64,000 nucleotides of DNA, taken from positions 22,813 through 86,812 of IMG/VR virus record IMGVR_UViG_3300017788_004205; one strand, 5' to 3'. The translations under genes were made by a program, and so were the position numbers. Position 1 is the first letter of the stretch; each line of letters starts with the position of its first letter. The stretch comes from a virus. Of this stretch, positions 1 through 8,909 are shown piece after piece. Under the pieces are notes generated by a model. The model had not been told where the DNA came from and did not search any database. It saw only the letters and a program-made list of their open reading frames with translations.

Positions 1-699
1 AGGTAAGGTTAAACCAACATCTGATTGCATAGGGTCATTAAATTTAACTTGAAATATTTTTGCTTCTGGGTTGTAATACTTCATAAGTTCTTCATTAAAT
101 GTAAAGAACTCAAAGTCTGACCATTTTAGTGTTTTTTCATCACTATTTCCACATGAACATGAAATATTGCTTACGATTCTTGATTCACCATTTTTGAATG
201 TAGCATCTCTAACATGAAGTATAACTGATAGTTTATCAATATCTTTAAGGTTCTTAAAAGAAGGCGACATATTTGGAACATTAAATCTGACAAGATTTTC
301 CAAAATATAATCGAAAGCATCATTTAATTCAAGTGGGTTTGTATCATCAACAGTCGAAAAGTGTCGGATGATTGATACTGTCGCAGGTTTGATAAGAAGT
401 CTTGAACCTTCTGGGTAAAATGACCCTTGAGTTGGTAAAGATTCCATAGGAACTTCATACCAACCTATGTCGAAATTCTGATGAACACTTCTAACAGCAA
501 CATTCTCAGGATTAAAATCATTTTGAACCATTTGAGCAGGTTCTGGTGCTGAAATTGGTTCTTCTTTTTTTTCTTTTGGCTTTGGAGGTGGAATATTACT
601 GGTTGGTAATGCCTGCTCTTCTCCAACTTCTCTAACGGAGTTAAATTGGCTATCACGAGCCTCCATAATTTTTCTTGCTTCATCATCACTTATAGGCAT
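1..699 (-). CDS. T4 gp26/gp51-like baseplate hub assembly protein (3' end outside the window; not in the ORF track)
   Basis: My translation from ATG at 699 (preceded by AAGAGGA) is open to base 1: MPISDDEARKIME...SLPTQGSFYPEG...LKDIDKLSVILHVRDATF...ISCSCG. The LPxxG..Y, D..L..R and CxC pattern is typical of gp26-like proteins. GATATATA lies at 739-746 on the minus strand. Confidence 0.6.
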   Translation of the reverse strand, partial: MPISDDEARKIMEARDSQFNSVREVGEEQALPTSNIPPPKPKEKKEEPISAPEPAQMVQNDFNPENVAVRSVHQNFDIGWYEVPMESLPTQGSFYPEGSRLLIKPATVSIIRHFSTVDDTNPLELNDAFDYILENLVRFNVPNMSPSFKNLKDIDKLSVILHVRDATFKNGESRIVSNISCSCGNSDEKTLKWSDFEFFTFNEELMKYYNPEAKIFQVKFNDPMQSDVGLTLP

Positions 700-738
700 A
701 AAATCCTCTTATTTTGTTTTTGTTGATAATAGTTTTTG

Positions 739-746
739 TATATATC
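739..746 (-). promoter_or_regulatory. GATATATA candidate late promoter (second copy at 817-824)
   Basis: TATATATC on the plus strand, 47 nt upstream of the minus-strand ATG at 699. Confidence 0.6.
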
Positions 747-926
747 GCTTTTTGGAAATACCCCCATTTTTCATAAATAAAACTCCTAAAATATTTATGT
801 TTTACCTTTGAATCAGTATATATCAGACAATAAATGAATAGCGATAGTTTACCCTTCAATATAGTCTAAAATAATATTTAAGTTTGAATAATTTTTAAGT
901 TTTAATGGGGTTTTAATTATTTTTTA

Positions 927-934
927 GATATATA
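927..934 (+). promoter_or_regulatory. GATATATA candidate late promoter
   Basis: 44 nt upstream of the collagen fibre ATG. Confidence 0.65.
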
Positions 935-970
935 GACTTAATCATTTCAAATAAATATCAAAACTATAAA

Positions 971-2971
971 ATGGCTGGAGCACAAGGACCCCAAGGGCCG
1001 ATAGGAAATCAAGGAGCATCGATTGCAGGTTCGCAAGGGCCGACTGGTATAGGACTGCAAGGAGTACCTGGTAGTCAAGGAAATCAAGGTTCCGTTGGAA
1101 CCCAAGGTAATCAGGGTAATTCTGGCCCTCAAGGAGTTCAAGGTAACCAAGGCAATCAAGGTACCCAAGGCATCCAAGGTAATCAAGGAAATCAAGGCAA
1201 TCAAGGTAACCAAGGCTCTCAGGGAGCTCAAGGTGTTCAAGGCGTACAAGGCCCACAAGGAACTCAAGGAATACGTGGAATTCAAGGAACTCAAGGGAAT
1301 ACTGGTGGGACTGGGAACCAAGGTAGAACTGGTATACAAGGCCCTCAAGGATTTCAAGGCCCGAAAGGAGACCAAGGAGTTCAAGGAACCCAAGGAACTC
1401 AAGGTGTTCAAGGTATAATTGGTACTCAAGGTGTTCAAGGTGGAAGTGGAGGTCAAGGAACTGTTGGTAGACAGGGTAATCAAGGTAATCAAGGTTCTCA
1501 AGGAACTGGAGACCAAGGTGTTCAAGGTAATCAAGGTAACCAAGGTAGACAAGGTAATCAAGGAAATCAGGGTAACCAAGGTAACCAAGGAACGGGTGCT
1601 CAAGGTAATCAAGGAAATCAGGGCAATCAAGGAAATCAGGGTAATCAAGGAAATCAAGGAACAGGCGCTCAAGGTAATCAAGGTGACCAAGGAAACCAAG
1701 GCAATCAAGGCCCTCTCGGTAACCAAGGGCCAAAAGGAACTCAAGGTAACCAAGGAAATCAAGGCAATCAAGGTAATCAAGGTAATCAAGGAAACACAGG
1801 ATTAGGAAACCAAGGTAACCAAGGCAATCAAGGTAGACAAGGCAACCAAGGCAATCAAGGTAATCAAGGCCCGCAAGGAAGTCAAGGTAACCAAGGCAAT
1901 CAAGGCGCAAGTGGAGCTCAGGGTAATCAAGGCAATCAAGGTAATCAAGGCCCGCAGGGAAGTCAAGGTAATCAAGGAAATCAAGGTGCAAGTGGAGCTC
2001 AGGGTAACCAAGGCAATCAAGGTAGACAAGGCAATCAAGGAAATCAAGGGCCTCAGGGTAACCAAGGGAATCAAGGCTCACAAGGACCTCAGGGTACTCA
2101 AGGCGTTCAAGGTATAGGTGGAGTTTTACTTGGAGTGACTACAAGTGATAATATATTATCCCCTAATAATACTATTAATGCAGGTAGAATACTTGTTAAT
2201 TCTTCTTCTTTAAATGCGGATTTAGTAATACAACCAAAGGGTTCTGGGGCAATAGTTGCTCAATTACCTGATGGCACTTCAACAGGCGGAAATAAGAGAG
2301 GTCTTAATTCTGTTGATTTACAAACAAGCAGAGCGAGTGCAACGCATGTTGCTTCAGGCACCAACTCATTTATAGCATCAGGTGAAAGAAATACAGCATC
2401 TGGGCCTTATTCTTCTGTTTTAGGTGGTTATTCTAATGTATCATCTGGTGATTATTCTGTTGGTTTAGGTGGTCTTTCAAATACAGCATCTGGTGATTAT
2501 TCAGCTACAATAGGCTCTGGGGCTAATGCTCTTAACTATGGAGAATTTACACATGCTTCTGGTTCATTTGCAACAAATGGAGATGCTCAAAGTTCTTGGT
2601 TGATATATAGAGGGACGACAGTTGGTTTAACATCCAATATTTTGTATTTGGATGGAATTTCAGAAACAGCTTCATTACCTAATGATACAACTTGGTTTGT
2701 TACATGCTATGTTGTAGCAAGAAGAACTGATGCAAATGGTGAATCGTCTGGTGGTAAATTTGAATTTGTGATAGACAGAGGGGCAACAGCAGGTACAACT
2801 GCACTTGCTGGCTCTGTTGTAGAAACTATCATCCATAAAGATGATAACACTTGGACTATAACTGCAACTGCAAATACAACATATGGAGGCCCGCAAATTA
2901 TAGCATCGGGAGCTTCAGCTAAAACTATTAACTGGGTGGTTTATGCACATGTTGTTCAGGTAACTGGATAA
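971..2971 (+). CDS. Collagen-like (Gly-X-Gln) fibre protein with a C-terminal beta-roll-like head
   Basis: About 120 GXQ triplets, then NTASGPYS/NVSSGDYS/NTASGDYS repeats resembling YadA-like head repeats and a beta-rich C-terminus. Confidence 0.85.
   Translation: MAGAQGPQGPIGNQGASIAGSQGPTGIGLQGVPGSQGNQGSVGTQGNQGNSGPQGVQGNQGNQGTQGIQGNQGNQGNQGNQGSQGAQGVQGVQGPQGTQGIRGIQGTQGNTGGTGNQGRTGIQGPQGFQGPKGDQGVQGTQGTQGVQGIIGTQGVQGGSGGQGTVGRQGNQGNQGSQGTGDQGVQGNQGNQGRQGNQGNQGNQGNQGTGAQGNQGNQGNQGNQGNQGNQGTGAQGNQGDQGNQGNQGPLGNQGPKGTQGNQGNQGNQGNQGNQGNTGLGNQGNQGNQGRQGNQGNQGNQGPQGSQGNQGNQGASGAQGNQGNQGNQGPQGSQGNQGNQGASGAQGNQGNQGRQGNQGNQGPQGNQGNQGSQGPQGTQGVQGIGGVLLGVTTSDNILSPNNTINAGRILVNSSSLNADLVIQPKGSGAIVAQLPDGTSTGGNKRGLNSVDLQTSRASATHVASGTNSFIASGERNTASGPYSSVLGGYSNVSSGDYSVGLGGLSNTASGDYSATIGSGANALNYGEFTHASGSFATNGDAQSSWLIYRGTTVGLTSNILYLDGISETASLPNDTTWFVTCYVVARRTDANGESSGGKFEFVIDRGATAGTTALAGSVVETIIHKDDNTWTITATANTTYGGPQIIASGASAKTINWVVYAHVVQVTG
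980..2117 (+). repeat. 9-bp coding tandem repeat (GGnAAyCAr) encoding collagen triplets
   Basis: ggtaatcaa/ggaaatcaa/ggtaaccaa/ggcaatcaa units, with larger duplicated blocks (GPQGSQGNQGNQGASGAQ twice). Confidence 0.95.
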
Positions 2972-2991
2972 TAGAAAATAAATAACATTAT

Positions 2992-3399
2992 ATGCCACAA
3001 GTAACAGGTAAAGTATCAGGAATGGGAACATCATGGAGCCCATCTGCTATATTAAATAGATATGGTTCTAATTATTCAAGGTTGAGTCATGAAAACCCAG
3101 CTTTTGATATAGGTAGAATTAATAACAGAGGTTATCTTGAATTTCAAAAAGATAAAGAACAAAAAAGAATCCAAGCCAGATTTCAAATAGGGGATTTTGT
3201 TGAAGCTAAGGAATATGGAACAGACGAAACAATAACAGGAAAGATTTTAAGTATACAAAATAAAGAAGATATGCTCGATACTATCTACATCATGCATAAT
3301 GGAGAAAGAAAAAGAATTGATGTTGCAACAATAGAAAAATTAGCAGAAGCTACTTCTTCCCCAATCTTATCATTCCAAGAATTTATACTTCTCTCATAA
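2992..3399 (+). CDS. Hypothetical protein with an SH3/KOW-like segment and a C-terminal CTS-like peptide
   Basis: FQIGDFVEAK...ITGKILSI; ends LAEATSSPILSFQEFILLS. Confidence 0.6.
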   Translation: MPQVTGKVSGMGTSWSPSAILNRYGSNYSRLSHENPAFDIGRINNRGYLEFQKDKEQKRIQARFQIGDFVEAKEYGTDETITGKILSIQNKEDMLDTIYIMHNGERKRIDVATIEKLAEATSSPILSFQEFILLS

Positions 3400-3413
3400 C
3401 AAAACTATAACTT

Positions 3414-4037
3414 ATGAAAATAGCGGGAATAGATTTTTCTATAAATCACCCTTCGGTTTGTGTTTACGACACTGAAACAAAAGAATGTCAGTTTTATGTT
3501 TTTCCAAAAGAAAGGACAAAGGGACATTCTAATTTAAATAATACAGAAGTTAATATTATTGATATTCAAAGGTATGATGTAGCCAATGGCTTATCATCAA
3601 CGGAGAGAGAGAGACTTTCTACCTTGAATGCTATTATTCTCGCAGAAGGTATAATGAAAGCTTTACCTGATGATATAAATGCAGTTGCTCTTGAAAACTT
3701 AGCATTCTCAGCAAGTTCTAATAGACTTGCAGAAATAGCAGGGTATCAGTATATTTTTAGAGAAAGACTAACGAACAGATATGGAACTAATAATTTGTAT
3801 TTCTTTGCGGCTATGAGCGTTAAAGCAAAGGCTGGTAGCGGAAAGTTCGATAAAAACCAAATGATTGAAAAGTTCTTAGATAGAGAATTTACTGGCGTAT
3901 CTTTGAAAATACAGGATAAATTAGAATCAGAAACTCAATTTTTCAAGAAAACAAAAAATTGGATAAAGCCGATTGATGATATAGCGGACTCATTTTGGAT
4001 TGCAAAATGTTTACAATTTGTTTTAGAAAGTAATTGA
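3414..4037 (+). CDS. RuvC-like (RNase H fold) resolvase/nuclease
   Basis: IAGIDFS, VALENLAF and DDIADSFWI acidic catalytic motifs. Confidence 0.75.
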   Translation: MKIAGIDFSINHPSVCVYDTETKECQFYVFPKERTKGHSNLNNTEVNIIDIQRYDVANGLSSTERERLSTLNAIILAEGIMKALPDDINAVALENLAFSASSNRLAEIAGYQYIFRERLTNRYGTNNLYFFAAMSVKAKAGSGKFDKNQMIEKFLDREFTGVSLKIQDKLESETQFFKKTKNWIKPIDDIADSFWIAKCLQFVLESN

Positions 4038-4043
4038 TATTCA

Positions 4044-4892
4044 TTACTTAAAGAATATACTTTCTTCTGTTTTGTAGAAATTATTAAATATAACAGACAG
4101 CTCTTCGTATCTTTTTTCTTTTAGCATTCCAATTACTATATCTGTATGGTATTCTGGATTTATCCAATCGGGTATATTTCCAACCCACATCCCAAATTTT
4201 TCTTTCCAATAATCAAGACCTTTTCTATAATAATCATTTATAGATGCTGTGCTCACCGTTGACTCTATATTATAGTCTATTTGTTCAATTAGCTTATGTG
4301 AATCTACAACATCAGCGGAAAGCCAATATGGAGTATGATAACCAGCTAATGTTATTCTGAATGTTAAATCTAAATGTTCCCAACAATTTTGATAGTATTC
4401 ATCGAAATACCCTGCTTTCTCAAAAACAGAACGGTGAAATAATTGAAAGCATCCTCCAGCATAAGAATATAAAGCAAGTCCTCTATCTCCATAAACCAAT
4501 CTTGGTTTTGGAGCGACTCTACCTTCATTCCAATTATCATTTCCATGTAAATCATAGTTTAGATGCAATAACCCACTATCATTAGCAACTTCAATATAAC
4601 GGTCGAATACCTTAGGGTCAATGATTTTCATATCATTTTCCATAAGAAAAATCCATTCTGTATTGAAACTCAAAAGATATTGAATAGCATTATTTTTACT
4701 TCTTGCTATTTTTCTATTGACAGGATGCTGTATAACCACCATATCATCTCTATATTCCGATGCATCGTAAGGAGCACCATCATTAACAACAACAAAGGGA
4801 ATCTTTTTATTGTATGGTATATGAGAAATGCACTCTCTAAATCTTGGTATATTATTATGAGTTAATAGACCTATACTATATTTTGAAATCAT
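4044..4892 (-). CDS. Glycosyltransferase family 2
   Basis: VVVNDG, IARSKNNAI, FLMEND, GYFDEYY..WEHLDL. Confidence 0.8.
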   Translation of the reverse strand: MISKYSIGLLTHNNIPRFRECISHIPYNKKIPFVVVNDGAPYDASEYRDDMVVIQHPVNRKIARSKNNAIQYLLSFNTEWIFLMENDMKIIDPKVFDRYIEVANDSGLLHLNYDLHGNDNWNEGRVAPKPRLVYGDRGLALYSYAGGCFQLFHRSVFEKAGYFDEYYQNCWEHLDLTFRITLAGYHTPYWLSADVVDSHKLIEQIDYNIESTVSTASINDYYRKGLDYWKEKFGMWVGNIPDWINPEYHTDIVIGMLKEKRYEELSVIFNNFYKTEESIFFK

Positions 4893-4986
4893 AGTATTTA
4901 CATTTTGTCAGAAAAAATAAAATCTTGTCATAGTTATAGAAAAAATGTCGGTTTAAGTTTGAAAAAAGTCAGAAAAAAATAAAAAA

Positions 4987-5015
4987 TTGAACTTGGCACA
5001 GTTTTTAACTATAAC
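4987..5015 (+). promoter_or_regulatory. Sigma70-like promoter TTGAAC-N17-TATAAC
   Basis: Exact 17-nt spacer, upstream of hsp20; the same -35 hexamer occurs at three other promoters. Confidence 0.6.
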
Positions 5016-5062
5016 ATAATGTTCTCGAAAAGAGAACAAGAACTAAAAATAACCAAATTATT

Positions 5063-5488
5063 ATGCATGTAAATGTAGCTGAACACCTGAAAGCCATCAG
5101 AGAAGCATCTGATGCTAAAAAATGGATTGATGATATGCTTTCATCTAATCTTCTTATAGATGATGCATATTTGCGGGCAGATATAATTGAAAATGAAAAG
5201 GAATTTACCATAAATTGTGAGATTCCTGGAATTAAAAAAGAAGATATATCAATCTTTTTTGAAGATTCTTTCCTGAAAATCAAAGCAAATTCAAGTGAAG
5301 AATTTGAAAATAAAGGAGATAGATTCATTCTTAAAGAAATTAAAAGAGGAAAATTCCAAAGGTCTTTTAAGTTGAAGGGAGAATTTAATCCAGAGGATAT
5401 TGAAGCAAAGCATGAAAATGGAATATTAACTATAAAAATCCCCAAAACAGAGAATAAGCGCAAAGAATTTTCAATAAAAATTAAATAA
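5063..5488 (+). CDS. Small heat-shock protein (Hsp20/alpha-crystallin)
   Basis: EIPGIKKEDI, GKFQRSFKL, IEAKHENGILTIKIPK. Confidence 0.92.
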   Translation: MHVNVAEHLKAIREASDAKKWIDDMLSSNLLIDDAYLRADIIENEKEFTINCEIPGIKKEDISIFFEDSFLKIKANSSEEFENKGDRFILKEIKRGKFQRSFKLKGEFNPEDIEAKHENGILTIKIPKTENKRKEFSIKIK

Positions 5489-5493
5489 AATTG

Positions 5494-5520
5494 AAGCCCA
5501 GAGCAATCTGGGCTTTATTA
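5494..5520 (+). terminator. Rho-independent terminator
   Basis: AAGCCCAGA-GCAA-TCTGGGCTT followed by a T-rich run, just after the hsp20 stop. Confidence 0.75.
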
Positions 5521-5532
5521 TTAAAAAAATTT

Positions 5533-5540
5533 GATATATA
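5533..5540 (+). promoter_or_regulatory. GATATATA candidate late promoter
   Basis: 31 nt upstream of ATG 5564. Confidence 0.65.
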
Positions 5541-5563
5541 GAGGTGAAATCTTAAATACCCAT

Positions 5564-7015
5564 ATGTATACTAATACGGTTTTGAACTACACCTCGTTTT
5601 TGAACGAATCCAAATCAAGCGATGAAGTGAAAATAATAATCTTTACAAGTAGAGCAAAAGGCAGTCCAACTACAAAAGCATTCGAAAAAGTTTGCAAAGA
5701 AAGAGGGATTGAATGCTATGTTGTAGATATTAATAACGCTTTGCTTGAAAAGGTTTATAATGGTCACTTGATAATCTATCAAGGTAAAAGAATTTTAATC
5801 GACCCTGATACAACCGCTATTATACCAAGAAGAGGTGTTATTGAGAACTCACATACGCGGAGATTATTTGCACAATTAGAGAAGTCCAGATATTTCATTA
5901 CAAATTCTTTGGACTCTATAAATGTTTGTGAAAATAAATATATTACTGCACAGATTTTGGAAGAGCATGGTCTCCCAGTTCCAAAATACTCTCTTGTCCC
6001 TGATGAAACATTCTTAGACACAGCTCTTGATTTGATTGGTGGAGAATTTCCGCTTATCTTAAAACTTATATCAGGAACACAAGGAATCGGAGTTTCTATT
6101 GTTGATTCTTACGCTTCCCTTAAATCTGTCTATCAAACTATAAAAAAACTGAATAATCAAAGTGAAATTCTCATTCAACAAAAGATAGATTCTGATTATG
6201 ACATTAGAATTCAAACTTTGGTTAAGAAGTTTAATCCCATCAAAGAAAAGAAAAACAATAAGATTGTTTTAGGTTCTATGATGAGAAAAAAAATAAAGGG
6301 TGATTTTAGAACTAATTATTCTCTTGGGGGAGAAGTCAATAAGTATGAATTGGATGAAAATGATAAATCAGATAAAGAACTATTAAACCTCGCATTTGAA
6401 GCTACAACAGCAGTTGGTTGCCATTGGTCGGGTGTAGACATCATCATAGATAAAAAGACTAAAAAGCCTTATATCCTTGAAGTTAATTCATCACCAGGAA
6501 CTGAAGGTATATCAAAAGTTTTAGGTGAACCGATTGTATCAAAAATTGTAGATTATGTAATAGACAAATCAAATTGGTCATACTATAATCTTGAAGTTGG
6601 TTATCTCGAACAGATTGAGATTCCTGGGTTGGGTGCTATGGTTGCTAAATTCGATACTGGAAATAGCTCAAAATCATGCAGTATTCATGCAGACAAAATT
6701 GAAGAAAAGGATGGTAAGTTAATTTGGACTGTTCTTGGAAAAACATTTGTCAATGATATAATAGACTATTCAAAAACAGAAGTGGGGCATATAATTCATA
6801 ATCGTCCTATCATTAAATTAGATATTACATTTAATGATGTTTTGATTAAAAATGTTAAAGTATCTCCAACAAATAGAAAGACAAAAACTACTCCATTATT
6901 GATGAATAGGGCATTTATGAGAAGAGTGGGTATAGTTGTGAATGCAAATAAAGCATTTGTTATAACAGATGAACCAGATGATTTTGACCCTAAAGCAGAT
7001 TCATTTAAGAAGTAA
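5564..7015 (+). CDS. RimK-like ATP-grasp ligase fused to a C-terminal RimB-like retropepsin-type protease; CTS-like N-terminus
   Basis: ATP-grasp motifs CENK, GTQGIGV, DFRTNYSLGG, GVDII and LEVNSSPG; C-terminal AKFDTGN..SIHA, RPII and LLMNR. Start moved to ATG 5564 because the track start overlaps the promoter motif. Confidence 0.85.
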   Translation: MYTNTVLNYTSFLNESKSSDEVKIIIFTSRAKGSPTTKAFEKVCKERGIECYVVDINNALLEKVYNGHLIIYQGKRILIDPDTTAIIPRRGVIENSHTRRLFAQLEKSRYFITNSLDSINVCENKYITAQILEEHGLPVPKYSLVPDETFLDTALDLIGGEFPLILKLISGTQGIGVSIVDSYASLKSVYQTIKKLNNQSEILIQQKIDSDYDIRIQTLVKKFNPIKEKKNNKIVLGSMMRKKIKGDFRTNYSLGGEVNKYELDENDKSDKELLNLAFEATTAVGCHWSGVDIIIDKKTKKPYILEVNSSPGTEGISKVLGEPIVSKIVDYVIDKSNWSYYNLEVGYLEQIEIPGLGAMVAKFDTGNSSKSCSIHADKIEEKDGKLIWTVLGKTFVNDIIDYSKTEVGHIIHNRPIIKLDITFNDVLIKNVKVSPTNRKTKTTPLLMNRAFMRRVGIVVNANKAFVITDEPDDFDPKADSFKK

Positions 7016-8444
7016 TTCTCCAATCTTGTATGTAATTGAGAGTATTTTTAGCTCTTGTGATGGCTACATAATGAAGATTTTGTTCTTGAATCTTTTCCCA
7101 TTCTAAAAATGCGTTTTTAAGTGGCATCATATCAGGCATGATTATATGCACATTTTCCGCTTCTAAACCTTTAGATTTATGAGCAGTCATAAGAGTTATA
7201 CCGCTTTGAGCATCTTCACAAAAAAGAGATTTTACCTTTTCTTTAACATCATCTACCGTATTGCAACCTTCAATCAAAGTCTCACAAGCAGTGATTATAT
7301 CTTTCATATAAAGTAAGTTTATTTCAGATTCTTCTTCATCGCTCTCTTTTGCTCGTTCAAATTGATTCCACATGATTTTAATAGCAGAATGTAAGTTTGA
7401 AGCTCTTGTTCCTTCCAGTCTTTTAATTATTCTTTCACCTATATCTACACCTTTGATTTGAACTTTTTTTCCTTGTGATAGTAATTGCAGAGCCAAGGAT
7501 ATAATAGGTGAGTTTGTTCTACATAAAATAAAATCTCCATCTTTTATATCTCTTGTAGAAGCGGATTGATTGACTTTTCCTTCTGGAGAATTCTCAGAAA
7601 ATTCTATGCTTGGGACTATTTTTTGAGCCCATTTTACAACTTCCTTTGAGCATCTATAACTAATACTAAGAGGTAAAAGTTTTGTATTTGGGATTTGACA
7701 CATTTTCTTGAATGATTCATCATCAGCTCCACTGAAACCATAAATAGATTGATTTCTATCTCCAACTGCTATGATTCTGCCCCCTTCCCCCTTCATTTTC
7801 ATAAGAAGTTGAATTTGGCATAATGATAAATCTTGACATTCATCAACTAAAATGAGAGAATATTCTGATACTTTAATATCTTCCAATGCTGGAATATAAA
7901 TCATATCGGTAAAATCAATAATATCTCTCCTAAAATTCATGTGTTTTATAACGGTAAATGCATCATAAATCAATTCATCAGTTGCAGGTAACATGTGTTT
8001 TAATGCTATTTGTTTTGCGGTTATAACATCTTCGCACATATTAAACCTAAACAAACTTACAAGAGATGTGATAATGTCTATGTATTTATTGAGGTCTTGT
8101 TTTTTTCTTAATTCAAGAATATCAGAAATATCTTTGATAACCCTTTTCATTTTATTTGTATCTAATTTTGCTCCTCTGTATGCCCTCTTAATCTGTTCTA
8201 AGCCAAAAGAATGCACGGTTTTAACTTCTATTCCGTTTGGAACCCTTTTAACCATTTCATCTGCTATATGCTTATTAAAAGCTATGAAAATAATGTCTTT
8301 TTGACCTTTTGATAGCAATTTCATTGATTCTATGAGCGTTGTGGTCTTCCCAGAACCTGCAACAGCTTCAATGACAGCATTTTCATTCGAGTTCTTTATA
8401 TGCTCAAATATAGCTTCTTGGTATTTACTTGGTTTGAATGACAT
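7005..8444 (-). CDS. UvrD/Rep-type SF1 helicase
   Basis: AVAGSGKTT, LVDECQD, VGDRNQSIYGF, SYRC, TAHKSKGLE, YVAITRA; probable start MSFKPSKYQ at 8444. Confidence 0.9.
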   Translation of the reverse strand: MSFKPSKYQEAIFEHIKNSNENAVIEAVAGSGKTTTLIESMKLLSKGQKDIIFIAFNKHIADEMVKRVPNGIEVKTVHSFGLEQIKRAYRGAKLDTNKMKRVIKDISDILELRKKQDLNKYIDIITSLVSLFRFNMCEDVITAKQIALKHMLPATDELIYDAFTVIKHMNFRRDIIDFTDMIYIPALEDIKVSEYSLILVDECQDLSLCQIQLLMKMKGEGGRIIAVGDRNQSIYGFSGADDESFKKMCQIPNTKLLPLSISYRCSKEVVKWAQKIVPSIEFSENSPEGKVNQSASTRDIKDGDFILCRTNSPIISLALQLLSQGKKVQIKGVDIGERIIKRLEGTRASNLHSAIKIMWNQFERAKESDEEESEINLLYMKDIITACETLIEGCNTVDDVKEKVKSLFCEDAQSGITLMTAHKSKGLEAENVHIIMPDMMPLKNAFLEWEKIQEQNLHYVAITRAKNTLNYIQDWRITS

Positions 8445-8497
8445 ATTAATTTTTAAGTTAATGAAAAAATATAAAAAATTCAACAAATTTTTTTAAT

Positions 8498-8505
8498 GAT
8501 ATATA
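8498..8505 (+). promoter_or_regulatory. GATATATA candidate late promoter
   Basis: 39 nt upstream of ATG 8537. Confidence 0.6.
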
Positions 8506-8536
8506 ATGATAGAGTAAAACTACAATCTAAATATAT

Positions 8537-8881
8537 ATGAGTAGAATAATAACTCTTTATGACCATGATGAAATAAACCCAGTAACCAGAAAAGTTATAC
8601 ACGGTCTTGAGCCTCGAGGTTGGTATACTCTCGATATTGAATACTCATATAATTTTACCGCTGGGGTAGAGATGCTTCTTTGGCAAGTTGTAGGAACTCA
8701 ACATACCTTTAAGGTAGATGCTCTACTGATTGATGAAATCCACGGAGATAATATTAAAGAACATTTTATAAAAGCATTAGAAAAATTAGCTGAGCATTAT
8801 CACAATTGGCAACAATTCGGTTATCCAGAACAATGGAGAGCCAAATATACGAAAATTTTCGGAGAAAGAATAAAATCTTGA
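8537..8881 (+). CDS. Hypothetical protein
   Basis: 114-aa ORF directly after a promoter motif. Confidence 0.65.
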   Translation: MSRIITLYDHDEINPVTRKVIHGLEPRGWYTLDIEYSYNFTAGVEMLLWQVVGTQHTFKVDALLIDEIHGDNIKEHFIKALEKLAEHYHNWQQFGYPEQWRAKYTKIFGERIKS

Positions 8882-8909
8882 TTTCAAACTTTAATATAAA
8901 GGAAACTTT

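Noticed and set aside
465-689. Track ORF of 74 aa on the minus strand
   Set aside because: Out-of-frame overlap with the longer gp26-like ORF starting at 699
942-2117. Long antisense and alternate-frame ORFs over the collagen gene (942-2081, 947-1789, 1095-1418, 1419-1805 and others)
   Set aside because: Shadows of the 9-bp repeat; low-complexity LDYL/ITLI translations without independent signals
980-2117. Possible CRISPR array or non-coding tandem repeat
   Set aside because: No repeat-spacer structure; variation falls at synonymous positions of a Gly-X-Gln reading frame
2602-2609. GATATATA inside the collagen gene
   Set aside because: About 390 nt from the next start and within coding sequence; may be a chance match
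3414-4037. RuvC domain as a Cas12/TnpB effector
   Set aside because: Only 207 aa, no Zn finger or REC region, no array; consistent with a stand-alone resolvase
4993-5010. Sigma54-like TGGCAC box upstream of hsp20
   Set aside because: The -12 TTGC is missing (TTAA), and the sequence is explained as the spacer of the TTGAAC-N17-TATAAC promoter
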